Shown in pieces: positions 8,863 through 18,206 of a stretch of DNA of 33,315 nucleotides. The DNA comes from Myxococcota bacterium. GTDB taxonomy: Bacteria; Myxococcota; JACRCW01. The stretch lies in assembly GCA_040752415.1 (NCBI GenBank), contig JBFMGU010000114.1:1-33315 (forward strand), read 5' to 3'. How positions within the stretch are numbered: position 1 is the first letter of the stretch; every line of letters starts with the position of its first letter. The position numbers and the translations under genes are program-made. The notes under the pieces are model-generated. The model did not search any database, was not told the origin of the DNA, and worked only from the letters and a program-made list of their open reading frames with translations.

Positions 8863-9801
8863 ATGAAGCATGGCTGGTGGCTCGCATTCGTGCTGTTGGG
8901 GACGGGCGCGGCGCGCGCGGAGACGGCTCCGTCGGTGGCGGTGGCGGCGCTGCAGGCGCAACACGGTGTGACGCCGGGCCTGGCCACGCTGCTCACCGAC
9001 GCCCTGGTGCAGCACATCCGCGACGCCAAGGCGTTCTCCCGCGTGGTTTCCTCGTCGGAGATCAGCACGCAGCTCGGCGCGGAGCGGGCGGAGCTGATGT
9101 CGGGATGTGACTCGGAAGGATGTGTGGCGGAGCTCGCCGGGGCGCTGGGCGTGGATTACCTCCTGATTGGCAACGTGGGAAAGATTGGCACCAGCTACGT
9201 CCTCAATGCCCGCCTCCTCGACGTAAAATCGGTCCGCACCGTGGCGTCTCGCAGTGAGCGTTTCCGCAACGACTCCGAGGAGGCGGTGCTGGATGGATTG
9301 CCCGGGGTGGTGCGGAAGCTCCTGGATGAGGCCGCCATTCGACACGCGCTGGGCGCGCCTCCTCCGCCCGTGCCCGCTCCCGCCGTCGTGGCCACGCCCG
9401 CGCCGGCTTCGCCGACCCGCGCGCCGCCGGAGTCCACCACCAGGGCCACGCCCGCACCGAAGTCGACGCTGGAGACGGAAGCATCGGATTCCTCGGCAGC
9501 GACGGCGGCGGAGCCCCTTGCCGACGAGGGCGCCTCGCCGCTGGCCGTGCCCGTTCGCGCGGCGGGATGCATTGGCGGGGTGGGCGTGGCCGGGATTGTG
9601 TTGGTGGCCATGGTGTGCGCTGGTGTTGGCCTCTTGGCATTCCTGGCCACGACCTTCGTTCCGGGCATTGAGCCCATGCGTCCGCAGTTGTTCGCCTTGG
9701 CAGTGGGGGCGTGGCTGCTGGGAGGAAGCGCGACACTCCTCTCGGTGCCGATCGGCGTGGTGGCCGCCGCGCTCCTCATCACCGCCGACCGGCTCGAGTG
9801 A
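8863..9801 (+). CDS. Secreted, membrane-anchored protein with CsgG/TolB-N/DUF2380-like domain
   Basis: Signal peptide MKHGWW..ARA. The segment GCDSEGCVAELAGALGVDYLLIGNVGKIGTSYVLNARLLD is typical of this myxobacterial family. Pro-rich linker and two C-terminal TMs. Confidence 0.8.
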   Translation: MKHGWWLAFVLLGTGAARAETAPSVAVAALQAQHGVTPGLATLLTDALVQHIRDAKAFSRVVSSSEISTQLGAERAELMSGCDSEGCVAELAGALGVDYLLIGNVGKIGTSYVLNARLLDVKSVRTVASRSERFRNDSEEAVLDGLPGVVRKLLDEAAIRHALGAPPPPVPAPAVVATPAPASPTRAPPESTTRATPAPKSTLETEASDSSAATAAEPLADEGASPLAVPVRAAGCIGGVGVAGIVLVAMVCAGVGLLAFLATTFVPGIEPMRPQLFALAVGAWLLGGSATLLSVPIGVVAAALLITADRLE

Positions 9802-9882
9802 GCTTGCCCCTCAACCGGCACGGTGACGAGTCCCACCTCGAGCGCCCACCATGCGCGGGACGCCGGCGTCGGCGACGCGGGT

Positions 9883-10449
9883 TCACGGGGCGTGGTGGTC
9901 CGTGGGTGGGATCTCGCGGGCCTCCTCCAGGGGCGCGTGCTGACGGAGCCACTCAAACCCCACGAGGCTGGCGGCAATGCTCACGTTCAGGCTCTGCACG
10001 ATGCCGAACTGCGGGATGCGCAGCGTGGTGACCTCGGGATGGTCCGCGGGATTGAAGCTGAGCCCCCACTCCTCGTGCCCGAGGATGAACGCCGTCTTCT
10101 CCGGGAAGGTGGCGCGGCCCAGCACCTCCCTGCCGCCCACGTGCAGCGCGTAGATGGCATAGCCCTCGTCGCGGAGCTGGCGCAGGGAGGCGGAGATGTC
10201 GTCGTAGGAGACGGTGCGGGTGTGGCGTAGCGCGCCCTTGCCGGGCGTGGGGTCGAACCTGCCGATCCTGACGAGGTGCACCTCCCGCGCGCCCATGGCG
10301 TTGGCGCTGCGGAGGATCTTGGCGACGTTGTAGCTGGCCTTCAGCTGGTCCAACACCAGCACGAACGGGAAGCGACCGGGCTCGTGGTGCTTGCTGCGGA
10401 TGATGTCGTGTTCGTACTGCTTGATCCACCAGTCGCGACGACGCTGCAT
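9883..10449 (-). CDS. TrmH/SpoU family RNA 2'-O-methyltransferase
   Basis: SPOUT motifs LVLDQLKASYNVAKILRSA, ILGHEEWGL and IPQFGIVQSLNVSIAA. Confidence 0.92.
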   Translation of the reverse strand: MQRRRDWWIKQYEHDIIRSKHHEPGRFPFVLVLDQLKASYNVAKILRSANAMGAREVHLVRIGRFDPTPGKGALRHTRTVSYDDISASLRQLRDEGYAIYALHVGGREVLGRATFPEKTAFILGHEEWGLSFNPADHPEVTTLRIPQFGIVQSLNVSIAASLVGFEWLRQHAPLEEAREIPPTDHHAP

Positions 10450-10551
10450 GCGCGGCAATCTACGCGGCGACGCTCCCGTTGTGCATCCGTGGTGACTGGA
10501 GCGCACCGGCGCCTCGTGGCAGCGTGCAGCAATCCACACACCGGAGTCATC

Positions 10552-11268
10552 ATGAACATCCGATACCTGCTCGCCGCCGCGTGCCTGCTCACCGTGCTTG
10601 TTGCCTGCATGTCGCTGTTGGAGCGCACGCACCTCGTGGCGAGCTCACCGGGCAGTGACCTGCCGGACACACCCGACGTCCCGCCGCCGCCGACGGGAAT
10701 CGTCATGCGACCGGATAGTGCGGTGTACAGCTTTGGCCTTTCGCTGGAGTCAAAAGGAGGTGGCGGCCCGGAGCTGCTGCGTCCGGCGGTGGAGAAGCTG
10801 GTGCAGCGCGCGCGCGCCGCGGGGGCGCCGCGGGTGGAGGTGCAGCTGCGCAGGGCCGAGGTCATGTCCCCCAACAGCGACGAGTCCGAGCGCACCCTGG
10901 AGGTGGGCGGTGTCCTGGAGCTGGAGCTCCCGCGCGACGGCGACGTGTGGGCCCGCGCCGCGATGATCAACGCATTTGAAAGCGGTGTGCGTGCCCAGGA
11001 GCGGGAGGAACGTCGACGCCAACCGTCCTTCCAGGTTGCGCTGTCCGGGCCGGAGTTCCGGGTGCGGGACCCGGAGAGCGCACGTGCGGAGTTGGTGAGG
11101 AAGTGGATGTCACGCGTGGAGGCCCTGGGGACGACGACGTCAGGTCCCACGGCGCTTCGCTTGGTCTCCTGCGCGCCGCTGGGAGCCATCACCCAATCCT
11201 ACGCCTCCCTGGACCAGGTCCAGCTGGACGTGGCGGTGCTCTGCCCGGGAGAGGCGCGGGAGTTCTGA
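10552..11268 (+). CDS. Hypothetical exported protein, distantly SIMPL/DUF541-like
   Basis: ATG after GGAG and a signal peptide. The alpha/beta pattern with SGPEFRVRDPESARAEL is reminiscent of SIMPL. Confidence 0.65.
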   Translation: MNIRYLLAAACLLTVLVACMSLLERTHLVASSPGSDLPDTPDVPPPPTGIVMRPDSAVYSFGLSLESKGGGGPELLRPAVEKLVQRARAAGAPRVEVQLRRAEVMSPNSDESERTLEVGGVLELELPRDGDVWARAAMINAFESGVRAQEREERRRQPSFQVALSGPEFRVRDPESARAELVRKWMSRVEALGTTTSGPTALRLVSCAPLGAITQSYASLDQVQLDVAVLCPGEAREF

Positions 11269-11323
11269 CCCGCCGCGGCTCATCGAGGATCGATGCAGCG
11301 GTCGTCGTCCCTGGCGTTCGGGA

Positions 11324-14278
11324 TCAGCGCGGACGTGGGCGTGAGTAGACGGAAACGGCTCGCTCCATGCCGTGGAAGGTGAGAAGCCCAACAAGCTTCC
11401 CGTTGATGGTGGGGAACCAACCGCGCACGCCCTTCCAGCGGTAGGCATTCCTGCCGTCGTAGAGCATCACGCCGTCACGTCGGTCTGTCAGCACCCACGT
11501 TCCGTCCGCCATCATTGCCGCTGCGTCCATGTCTCCCTCGACCGTGACCACGTGTTGGAGCAGTTCGGCCACGCGACCCACCTGCCACAGCATGGTGTGA
11601 CCATGGTGGCCGGACGCGCAGACAAAGCTCTCCAAGGAACCATCCAATGCGCAGTGCGGCCGCAGGGCGGTCTTTGCAATCTCCTCGTACCCGCTCTCGC
11701 GGTAACGGCCAAGGATGGTGAACATCTCGTCGTGACCCAGGAAGAGACCCAACCATTGCCGGGGCTCCCGTTGCGGCACGCTGGCCAACGCCAGGACGCT
11801 GTCCCCGCTGCCTTGCAGCAATGTTCTCGTGTGGGGCTTGCCTGGTCGCAGTGGAAGGGATGTGGTGATCACTTCCGGCTTGCCGACCTTTCCGGCGTGG
11901 CGCACGAACGTGCTCCCATCTTCACCGGTCACCACCCACGTTGCGGAGTCAGGAGCCAGCCGGAGGTCGGTGGCCCCCATGCTCTGGAGCCGAACCTCCC
12001 ATGTTGTGCTGCCATCCGGGATGGCCACGGTGCGCACCACGTGGCCGGCTCCGTCCGAATGCAGGGTGATCAGCGTGTTCTCGTCGACGAAAAGAGCCTT
12101 CTCGGCGACCACCTCCCGCTCCGCCGCGTCACCAAATATTCGGATCCGACCGGGTCCACCCACACCCTCCGTCTCATCCCGCATCACGACGCGGCGTCCG
12201 GAAGGGGAGATGGCGTAGGGCGAGGACCACGTGGCGACCTTGATCCGGGAAACCAGCACTGGCGCCTCCTCGGAGGCAGGGATTGGCTCGGTGGGGGCGA
12301 AGAGGGGATCATCCAGGAAATGCTCACAGAATGACGTCGTGCCCACGAAGAGTACCAGTCCTGCAGCGCAACCGAGCCATGCGGAAGCGACCTTGACGGC
12401 GGCCGTGCGCCACTGTGCGGCGATGAAGACCGCGAGTCCCACCAGGAACACGGCAAGACCGGGTGTGTCGGACGCGGCGTTGTGCAGTCGCAGAAGGGAA
12501 GTTGAGTGGTCGGCCAGCAACAGCAGGCGAGCGCATCCTGCCGCGCATACCAACGACAACGTGACGAGAATGCGGCGGGCCATGGCCCTCCCCCGCGCGT
12601 GATCAACGTCGTTGGCACGGCTCGCCAACCACAGCAGGCCCACGCCCAGCACTGCGGGAAGGACGAGCAACATGTCCCACACCTCCGCGGGCGAGGCCCA
12701 ATCCTGAAGCAGAAAGGCGAGAATCATCATCACCGCCGTGGCCACCGCATGGGCTGGTGATGGCCACATCAGCAGGAGCAATGCCGCCGCCGGCGCGGTG
12801 ATGGAGCTGGCAAGCGTCAGCAGTCCCACCGCAGCCAGGGTTCGCGCGTGATTCCTGAAGCGGGAGAGCCTGGCCAGGGGGGCAAGTTGTGTGTCCACGC
12901 GGTCCAGGAGCGCCTGTGCCCGGCTCACGTCGGAGGCGTGCAGCGCAATCTCGTGGGCTTCTTCGGAAACGTGAACGGCTCGCAGCCGGATATCGGTGCT
13001 GTTTTTCGGGATGACCCGGAGGTCCACCAGCTCGTGGTAGGGCGCGGCGCGACAGGTCCGGGCGAGTGCCACCAGCGCCTCCCCGGTCTCCGTGCGCCCT
13101 GAGAACCCTCCCTGGATGTACCGGACGCGGGCGTGGTCCAGGACCAACGCTGCATCACCGCTGTGCGCATCCACGAACGTCTCGGTCCATGGTGACGGTG
13201 TCGACGTCGAGGCGTTGTGGCCGCGGATGGCCTGGATCCGGTGCGCCAGGCTGGGATGGGAAGAGTACGACTCCAGTCCCGGGTCCCACCGTCGGGGCAC
13301 GCCCGCCAGCGTGTGGACCTTGATGAGCCCACGGACCAGGGGCTCCGGGTCTCCAGCACAGAGCTCGACGGCACGCTTGTCGCTTTCCGTCTCGTGCGCG
13401 CGGTGACGGACCATGCGGATGAAGAACGCGGCATAGATGGAGAGTGTCCACACCTGGACGCTGTAGCTGTCTGGAATCTGCAAGGCGGACTCCGGGACCA
13501 GGAACACCGCTCCGACAATGAGCAGGAGCTGCGCGATGAGCGCCTTGCGCAGGCGGGCCTGGGGGTGATGCTCCAGGTGCGCAATCTCATGGGCGAAGAT
13601 GGCGGCTGCCTCCGCCGGTTCCAGCGACGAGAGCAGCCCGCGTGTCAGCATGACGCACGAGCCGCGCAGCGAAGGCAGGGCGAAGGCGTTGACCCATCTT
13701 CCCTGACCAGGTGGAGGACCGCCCTCGAAGACGCGCGGGGCGGGAACGGTTGCACGGGCCACAACCGCGGCAATGCCCTCCTCGGAGAGCAGGTCGCCCC
13801 TCTCCTTGGCTCGCACCAGGGCCAGGCAGACCTGTGGGAAGAACCACGTCCATGCGACGAGAATGGTTCCCAGCGCTGCCGCCACGACGTGACGCAAGTG
13901 CCCCGCGGAATGGATGAGGCCTGGGGTCTCGGCCAGCAGCAACCAGAAACCCAGAATGGCAGCGACGGTCCTGGCCGTGTGTGAAAGGTACGCGGGCAAG
14001 GACCAGGACTCCGCGTAGATCTGCCGCCGCGCGGGGAACGAGCCGATGATGGCGCTCACAATGGCGATGGCCGGGTAGGACCACTCATGGAGGAAGCTCA
14101 GGCCGAGCAGGCCCATGACGGCATAGACGCAGAACTGCACCACCTGCCTCTGGTAGGCCGCCCACCGCTCCGCGAACATGGCGTCATCAGGCTGCCGCAC
14201 CAGCCGACGACCGCCGCCGAAGGCCAGGAGCCCAGGCGCGACCATCAGCGTCATCACCAAACCGGAAACCAGGTCCAT
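11324..14278 (-). CDS. M48 (HtpX/Ste24-like) membrane zinc metalloprotease with long C-terminal extension
   Basis: Motifs VNAFAL, AAIFAHEIAH (HExxH), ETESD and SSHPSLAHRI. Many TMs, then a beta-rich C-terminal region. Confidence 0.88.
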   Translation of the reverse strand: MDLVSGLVMTLMVAPGLLAFGGGRRLVRQPDDAMFAERWAAYQRQVVQFCVYAVMGLLGLSFLHEWSYPAIAIVSAIIGSFPARRQIYAESWSLPAYLSHTARTVAAILGFWLLLAETPGLIHSAGHLRHVVAAALGTILVAWTWFFPQVCLALVRAKERGDLLSEEGIAAVVARATVPAPRVFEGGPPPGQGRWVNAFALPSLRGSCVMLTRGLLSSLEPAEAAAIFAHEIAHLEHHPQARLRKALIAQLLLIVGAVFLVPESALQIPDSYSVQVWTLSIYAAFFIRMVRHRAHETESDKRAVELCAGDPEPLVRGLIKVHTLAGVPRRWDPGLESYSSHPSLAHRIQAIRGHNASTSTPSPWTETFVDAHSGDAALVLDHARVRYIQGGFSGRTETGEALVALARTCRAAPYHELVDLRVIPKNSTDIRLRAVHVSEEAHEIALHASDVSRAQALLDRVDTQLAPLARLSRFRNHARTLAAVGLLTLASSITAPAAALLLLMWPSPAHAVATAVMMILAFLLQDWASPAEVWDMLLVLPAVLGVGLLWLASRANDVDHARGRAMARRILVTLSLVCAAGCARLLLLADHSTSLLRLHNAASDTPGLAVFLVGLAVFIAAQWRTAAVKVASAWLGCAAGLVLFVGTTSFCEHFLDDPLFAPTEPIPASEEAPVLVSRIKVATWSSPYAISPSGRRVVMRDETEGVGGPGRIRIFGDAAEREVVAEKALFVDENTLITLHSDGAGHVVRTVAIPDGSTTWEVRLQSMGATDLRLAPDSATWVVTGEDGSTFVRHAGKVGKPEVITTSLPLRPGKPHTRTLLQGSGDSVLALASVPQREPRQWLGLFLGHDEMFTILGRYRESGYEEIAKTALRPHCALDGSLESFVCASGHHGHTMLWQVGRVAELLQHVVTVEGDMDAAAMMADGTWVLTDRRDGVMLYDGRNAYRWKGVRGWFPTINGKLVGLLTFHGMERAVSVYSRPRPR

Positions 14279-14487
14279 GGCGCCCCCATGTGCAAAGCGC
14301 ACCGCGTCCGCGCGCCGAGACTGCCACGTTTCCCGGGCAATTCGAATGGCCATCGCCCGAGTCAGAAGACCGCCGTGACGTCGGGCACCCTGCTGACGTG
14401 GCGCTGGGACCATGCGTCGAGTTCGCGTCGCGCAACGGGGCATCCCCCGCACGGGTGAACCGTGGTATGAGCGGGCGGTCGCGTCCC

Positions 14488-15699
14488 ATGCTCGTCATCT
14501 TCGTCACCCCCTATTTCACCGACAGCTCCCGGCTCTTCCTGCGCAAGCTGGCTGAACAGCCCGGCGTGCGTCTGGCGGCCATGGCGCAGGAGGACGTGGG
14601 TGTCCTGCCCCCGGAGCTGCGCCAACGCATCACCCGCTTTGAGCGCGTCCAGAGCGCACTCCGTGCCGACGACGTCACCGAGGCCGCCAAGCGCATCTCC
14701 GCGGCGGAAGGTCCCATCCACCGGCTCATCGGCGTCATGGAGCAGGTGCAGGAGTCGGTGGCGGAGGCGCGTGACCGGCTGGATGTGCCCGGGCTCCGTC
14801 TCGCGCAGGCCCTCAACTTCCGCGACAAGACCCGGATGAAGGACCTGCTGCGTGCCGCGGACGTTCCGGTGGCCCGACATCGTCTCGTCAAGACGCTGGA
14901 GGAGGCGCGCGGGTTCGTGGCGGAGGTTGGTTATCCCGTCGTGGTGAAGCCGCCGGCGGGCGCGGCGTCCCAGGAGACGTTCCGCGTCCAGGATGATCAC
15001 GCGCTGCGCCAGGTGTTCGGGACCACCACGAAGGCGGCGGGCGGTGTGGCGCTGCTCGAGGAATTCGTCACCGGCCAGGAGTGCTCGTTCGACGCGTTCA
15101 TCAAGGACGGGCGCGTCGTCTACTACTCGGTGTCCAACTACTACCCGTCGTGTCTCGAGGCGATGCAGAACCCGTGGATCCAGTGGTGCATCGTGCTCCG
15201 ACGGGACTACCAGTCGGAAGACATCGCGGCCATTGGCCAGAAGATGCTCAACGTGCTCGGGCTCGAGACGGGCATGTGCCACGGGGAGTGGTTCCGTCGG
15301 AAGGACGGCAGCGTGGTGATCTCCGAGGCGGCTGCGCGTCCGCCGGGTGCCATGCTTCCCACGCTGATTGCCCGCGCCCACGACGTGGATTGTGTTGGTG
15401 CGTGGGCCCGCCTCATGACCACCGGCGAGTTCGATCCCTTTCCGCCGCGCATCCATGCGACGGGAGCGGCGTTCCTGCGTGGGCAGGGGCAGGGGAGGGT
15501 GCGCGCCGTGCACGGCCTGGACCGCATCTGGCGCGACCTGGGCGGCCTCATCACCGACACGCGTCTGCCCTCGCCGGGCCAGGAGAAGGGCCGCTCCTAC
15601 GAGGGAGAGGGCGTCATCTGCCTGCGCCACCCCGACACGAACGTGGTGCAAGACGCGCTCAAGCACATCATCACCACGGTTCGCGTCGAGCTCGGGTGA
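14488..15699 (+). CDS. ATP-grasp domain protein
   Basis: Motifs NFRDKTRMK, VGYPVVVKPPAGAAS, LLEEFVTGQE and ISEAAARPPG. Confidence 0.9.
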   Translation: MLVIFVTPYFTDSSRLFLRKLAEQPGVRLAAMAQEDVGVLPPELRQRITRFERVQSALRADDVTEAAKRISAAEGPIHRLIGVMEQVQESVAEARDRLDVPGLRLAQALNFRDKTRMKDLLRAADVPVARHRLVKTLEEARGFVAEVGYPVVVKPPAGAASQETFRVQDDHALRQVFGTTTKAAGGVALLEEFVTGQECSFDAFIKDGRVVYYSVSNYYPSCLEAMQNPWIQWCIVLRRDYQSEDIAAIGQKMLNVLGLETGMCHGEWFRRKDGSVVISEAAARPPGAMLPTLIARAHDVDCVGAWARLMTTGEFDPFPPRIHATGAAFLRGQGQGRVRAVHGLDRIWRDLGGLITDTRLPSPGQEKGRSYEGEGVICLRHPDTNVVQDALKHIITTVRVELG

Positions 15700-15707
15700 G
15701 GTCCGCC

Positions 15708-17510
15708 ATGCCCCGCGACGTCCACTCGCATGCCCGCCCCGAGGAGGCGCGCGTCACGCATCTCGGCCTCGCGCTCGAGGTCGACTTCACGCACCAGGTG
15801 CTCCGCGGGACGGCCACCCTCGACCTCGACGTCACCGCGGGCGCACACCGCGTGGTGCTGGATGCGCGAAGGCTGGACATCCGGAGCATCACCGACGAGG
15901 CCGGGCAGCCGCTGAGTTTCGCGCTTTCCGCGGAGGACCCGATCCTGGGCTCGGCGCTCGTCGTGGAGCTGCCCGCGGGATGTCGCCGGGTGGTGATTGC
16001 GTACGCCACCACGCCCGGAGCGGATGCCCTGCAATGGCTCAATCCCGAGCAGACGGCGGGCGGGGTGCATCCGTTCGTGTTCACGCAGGGACAGCCCATC
16101 TTCGCGCGCACGTGGATCCCCATCCAGGACAGCCCCGGGGTGCGGTTCACGTATCACGCGCGGATCACGGCGCCGGCGCCGCTGACGGCGTTGATGAGCG
16201 CGGAGCGCGTCCCACGTTCCGCCGACGAGAGTCCGGGCGTGTTCCACTTCCGCATGAACGAGCCGATCCCGGCGTACCTGGTGGCGCTGGTGGTGGGGGA
16301 CATTGCCATGCGGGAGCTGGGGCCGCGCACGGCGGTGTTCGCGGAGCCCAGCGTGGTGGAGCGCGCCGCGCACGAGCTGGTGGACGTGGAGCGCATGGTC
16401 GACGCCGCGGAAGTGCTGGTGGGTCCGTACCGCTGGGGACGCTTTGACGTCGTCATCATGCCGCCCGCGTTCCCCTACGGCGGCATGGAGAATCCGCGGC
16501 TGGTCTTTGCCTCACCCACGCTGATTGCGGGCGACCGCTCCCTGGTGACGGTGTTTGCCCACGAGCTGGCGCACGCATGGGCCGGCAACCTCGTCATCAA
16601 TGCCACGTGGAACGACTTCTGGCTGAACGAGGGAACCACGGTGTACCTGGAGCTGCGCATCAACGAGGTGCTCTGGGGAGAAGACCGCGCGGCCATGTTG
16701 AAGGACTGGGGGTATCGGGAGCTCACCGGCGTCGTGGCGCAGATGGGAGCCACGTCACCCGACACGCGTCTCCACCATGACCTGACCGGACGCGACCCGG
16801 CCGAGGGCGTCACGGTGGTGCCGTATCTCAAGGGTGCGGCGTTCTTCTGGACCCTGGAGCGCGTGGTGGGGCGTGCGCGGTTGGATGCGTGGTTGCGCGG
16901 ATGGTTTGACCGCCAGGGATTCCGCTCGGTGACAACGGAGACGTTCCTCCACGACGTGCGCCAGCACCTGCTCGGCGGCGCCGACGCCGGGGCCATCGAC
17001 CTCGAGCGCTGGCTCTTTGCGCCGGGGCTTCCCTCGGAGGCGGAGCCGCCAAGGTCCGTGCTGCTCACGCGTGTGGACGAAGTGGCAAGGGCGTGGAGTG
17101 CGGGAACGCGCGCTCGCTCGCTCGAGGTGACCGGGTGGACGCCGCAGCAGTGGCGCCACTTCCTCGCGCTGGTGCACGCGCGTGTACCGTCCCTGGCGGC
17201 AGTGGAGGACCTCGACGAGGCCTTTGCATTGTCGTCGAGCGGGAACGCGGAGGTGCTCGCGCCGTGGTTGCGGATCGAGGCGATGGTGCAGCGGGAGGCG
17301 GCGGTTCCGCGGCTGGAGCGGTTCCTCGTCGGAAATGGGCGGCTCAAGTACCTGCGGCCGATCTACGCGGAGCTGCTGGCGAGTGACTGGGGTCGGCCCA
17401 TTGCTAAGCGCGTCTATGCAACGGCGCGGGCCCGCTACCATGCACTCGCCCGCGGCTCACTCGACAGGCTCTTTGCCGCGCAAGGGGCAGCGGCGCCGTC
17501 GGTGAGCTGA
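15708..17510 (+). CDS. M1 family aminopeptidase (leukotriene A4 hydrolase-like)
   Basis: FPYGGMENP, HELAH with downstream WLNEG, PYLKG, and LTA4H-type C-terminal GRLKYLRPIY. Confidence 0.95.
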   Translation: MPRDVHSHARPEEARVTHLGLALEVDFTHQVLRGTATLDLDVTAGAHRVVLDARRLDIRSITDEAGQPLSFALSAEDPILGSALVVELPAGCRRVVIAYATTPGADALQWLNPEQTAGGVHPFVFTQGQPIFARTWIPIQDSPGVRFTYHARITAPAPLTALMSAERVPRSADESPGVFHFRMNEPIPAYLVALVVGDIAMRELGPRTAVFAEPSVVERAAHELVDVERMVDAAEVLVGPYRWGRFDVVIMPPAFPYGGMENPRLVFASPTLIAGDRSLVTVFAHELAHAWAGNLVINATWNDFWLNEGTTVYLELRINEVLWGEDRAAMLKDWGYRELTGVVAQMGATSPDTRLHHDLTGRDPAEGVTVVPYLKGAAFFWTLERVVGRARLDAWLRGWFDRQGFRSVTTETFLHDVRQHLLGGADAGAIDLERWLFAPGLPSEAEPPRSVLLTRVDEVARAWSAGTRARSLEVTGWTPQQWRHFLALVHARVPSLAAVEDLDEAFALSSSGNAEVLAPWLRIEAMVQREAAVPRLERFLVGNGRLKYLRPIYAELLASDWGRPIAKRVYATARARYHALARGSLDRLFAAQGAAAPSVS

Positions 17511-17529
17511 GCCGACGAGCCTCACCCTT

Positions 17530-17568
17530 GTGGCGCGGCCATTCCTGTCTGCGATCCGCAGCCGACGT
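17530..17568 (+). repeat. Degenerate copy of repeat module B
   Basis: GTGGCGCGGCCATTCCTGTCTGCGATCCGCAGCC resembles GTGGCGCAGCCATTCTTGTCTGCGATTCCGCGGCC at 6059. Confidence 0.7.
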
Positions 17569-17608
17569 GCACGCGGAACATTCGCCGTCCTCCACGGCGC
17601 GGCCCCGC

Positions 17609-17642
17609 CGCCACAATTCCGCCACAATTCTTCCTCACAACC
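17609..17642 (+). promoter_or_regulatory. Putative OmpR/PhoB-family binding box
   Basis: Perfect tandem CGCCACAATTC x2 (17609-17630) with 11-bp period, plus a partial TCACAA at 17635. Lies about 80 bp upstream of an operon encoding an OmpR-type regulator. Confidence 0.6.
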
Positions 17643-17711
17643 TCCCCACCCACTCCGCTTCCGTGACAGATCCGCGGTGTTTCCTCCCGTAGACCCCAAC
17701 GGGAGAGACCC

Positions 17712-18194
17712 ATGAGATCCACGTTGTTTCCACAGGAGCTGCTGCTTGCCGCGGGCGGGATGGCGCTGCTGGGCGCCGCGTCCGGACTGCGCGCGGGCGC
17801 GTCTGTCGTTGTCGAGCGTTCCCTGGTGGTCCCCGCCGCGCTGGCCGCCACCGTGATCCTGATGATTCCCACGCTCTACATCGGCGCGGCGTTCGCGGGC
17901 GTGGCCCCTTCGGCGGCGCAGATGCTGGCGGGTGCGCGAAAGGCGCTGGCGGGATTGGGTGGCGTGCTGGCGGGCCTGGCACCGGCGGTGGCGTTCCTGG
18001 TGCTCGCGGGACCGGCGGGAATGCCGACGCTGGTGGCGTCGCTGGCGTTGCTGCTGGGCGCCCTGGTGGCGCTGCGCGCGTTGTTCCATCAGCTCTTCGC
18101 GAATGCACAGGCACATCGCGCCGTCCCCATCTTCGGCGTCTGGTCGGCCATCTCCGTCGGGATTGGCGCGCAGATGCTGGGCCGCCTGCTCTGA
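17712..18194 (+). CDS. Hypothetical multi-TM membrane protein, probable paralog of the downstream gene
   Basis: 160-aa hydrophobic ORF after a GGGAG RBS. Shares the layout of the next gene (PTLY/PALT, GLAP/ALAP, C-terminal G-x-Q-M). Confidence 0.8.
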   Translation: MRSTLFPQELLLAAGGMALLGAASGLRAGASVVVERSLVVPAALAATVILMIPTLYIGAAFAGVAPSAAQMLAGARKALAGLGGVLAGLAPAVAFLVLAGPAGMPTLVASLALLLGALVALRALFHQLFANAQAHRAVPIFGVWSAISVGIGAQMLGRLL

Positions 18195-18206
18195 AGAGGA
18201 CCGACC

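Noticed and set aside
15081..15707. N-terminal extension of the M1 aminopeptidase ORF (809 aa)
   Set aside because: Overlaps the ATP-grasp gene in another frame. Family-like sequence begins at MPRDVHS (15708).
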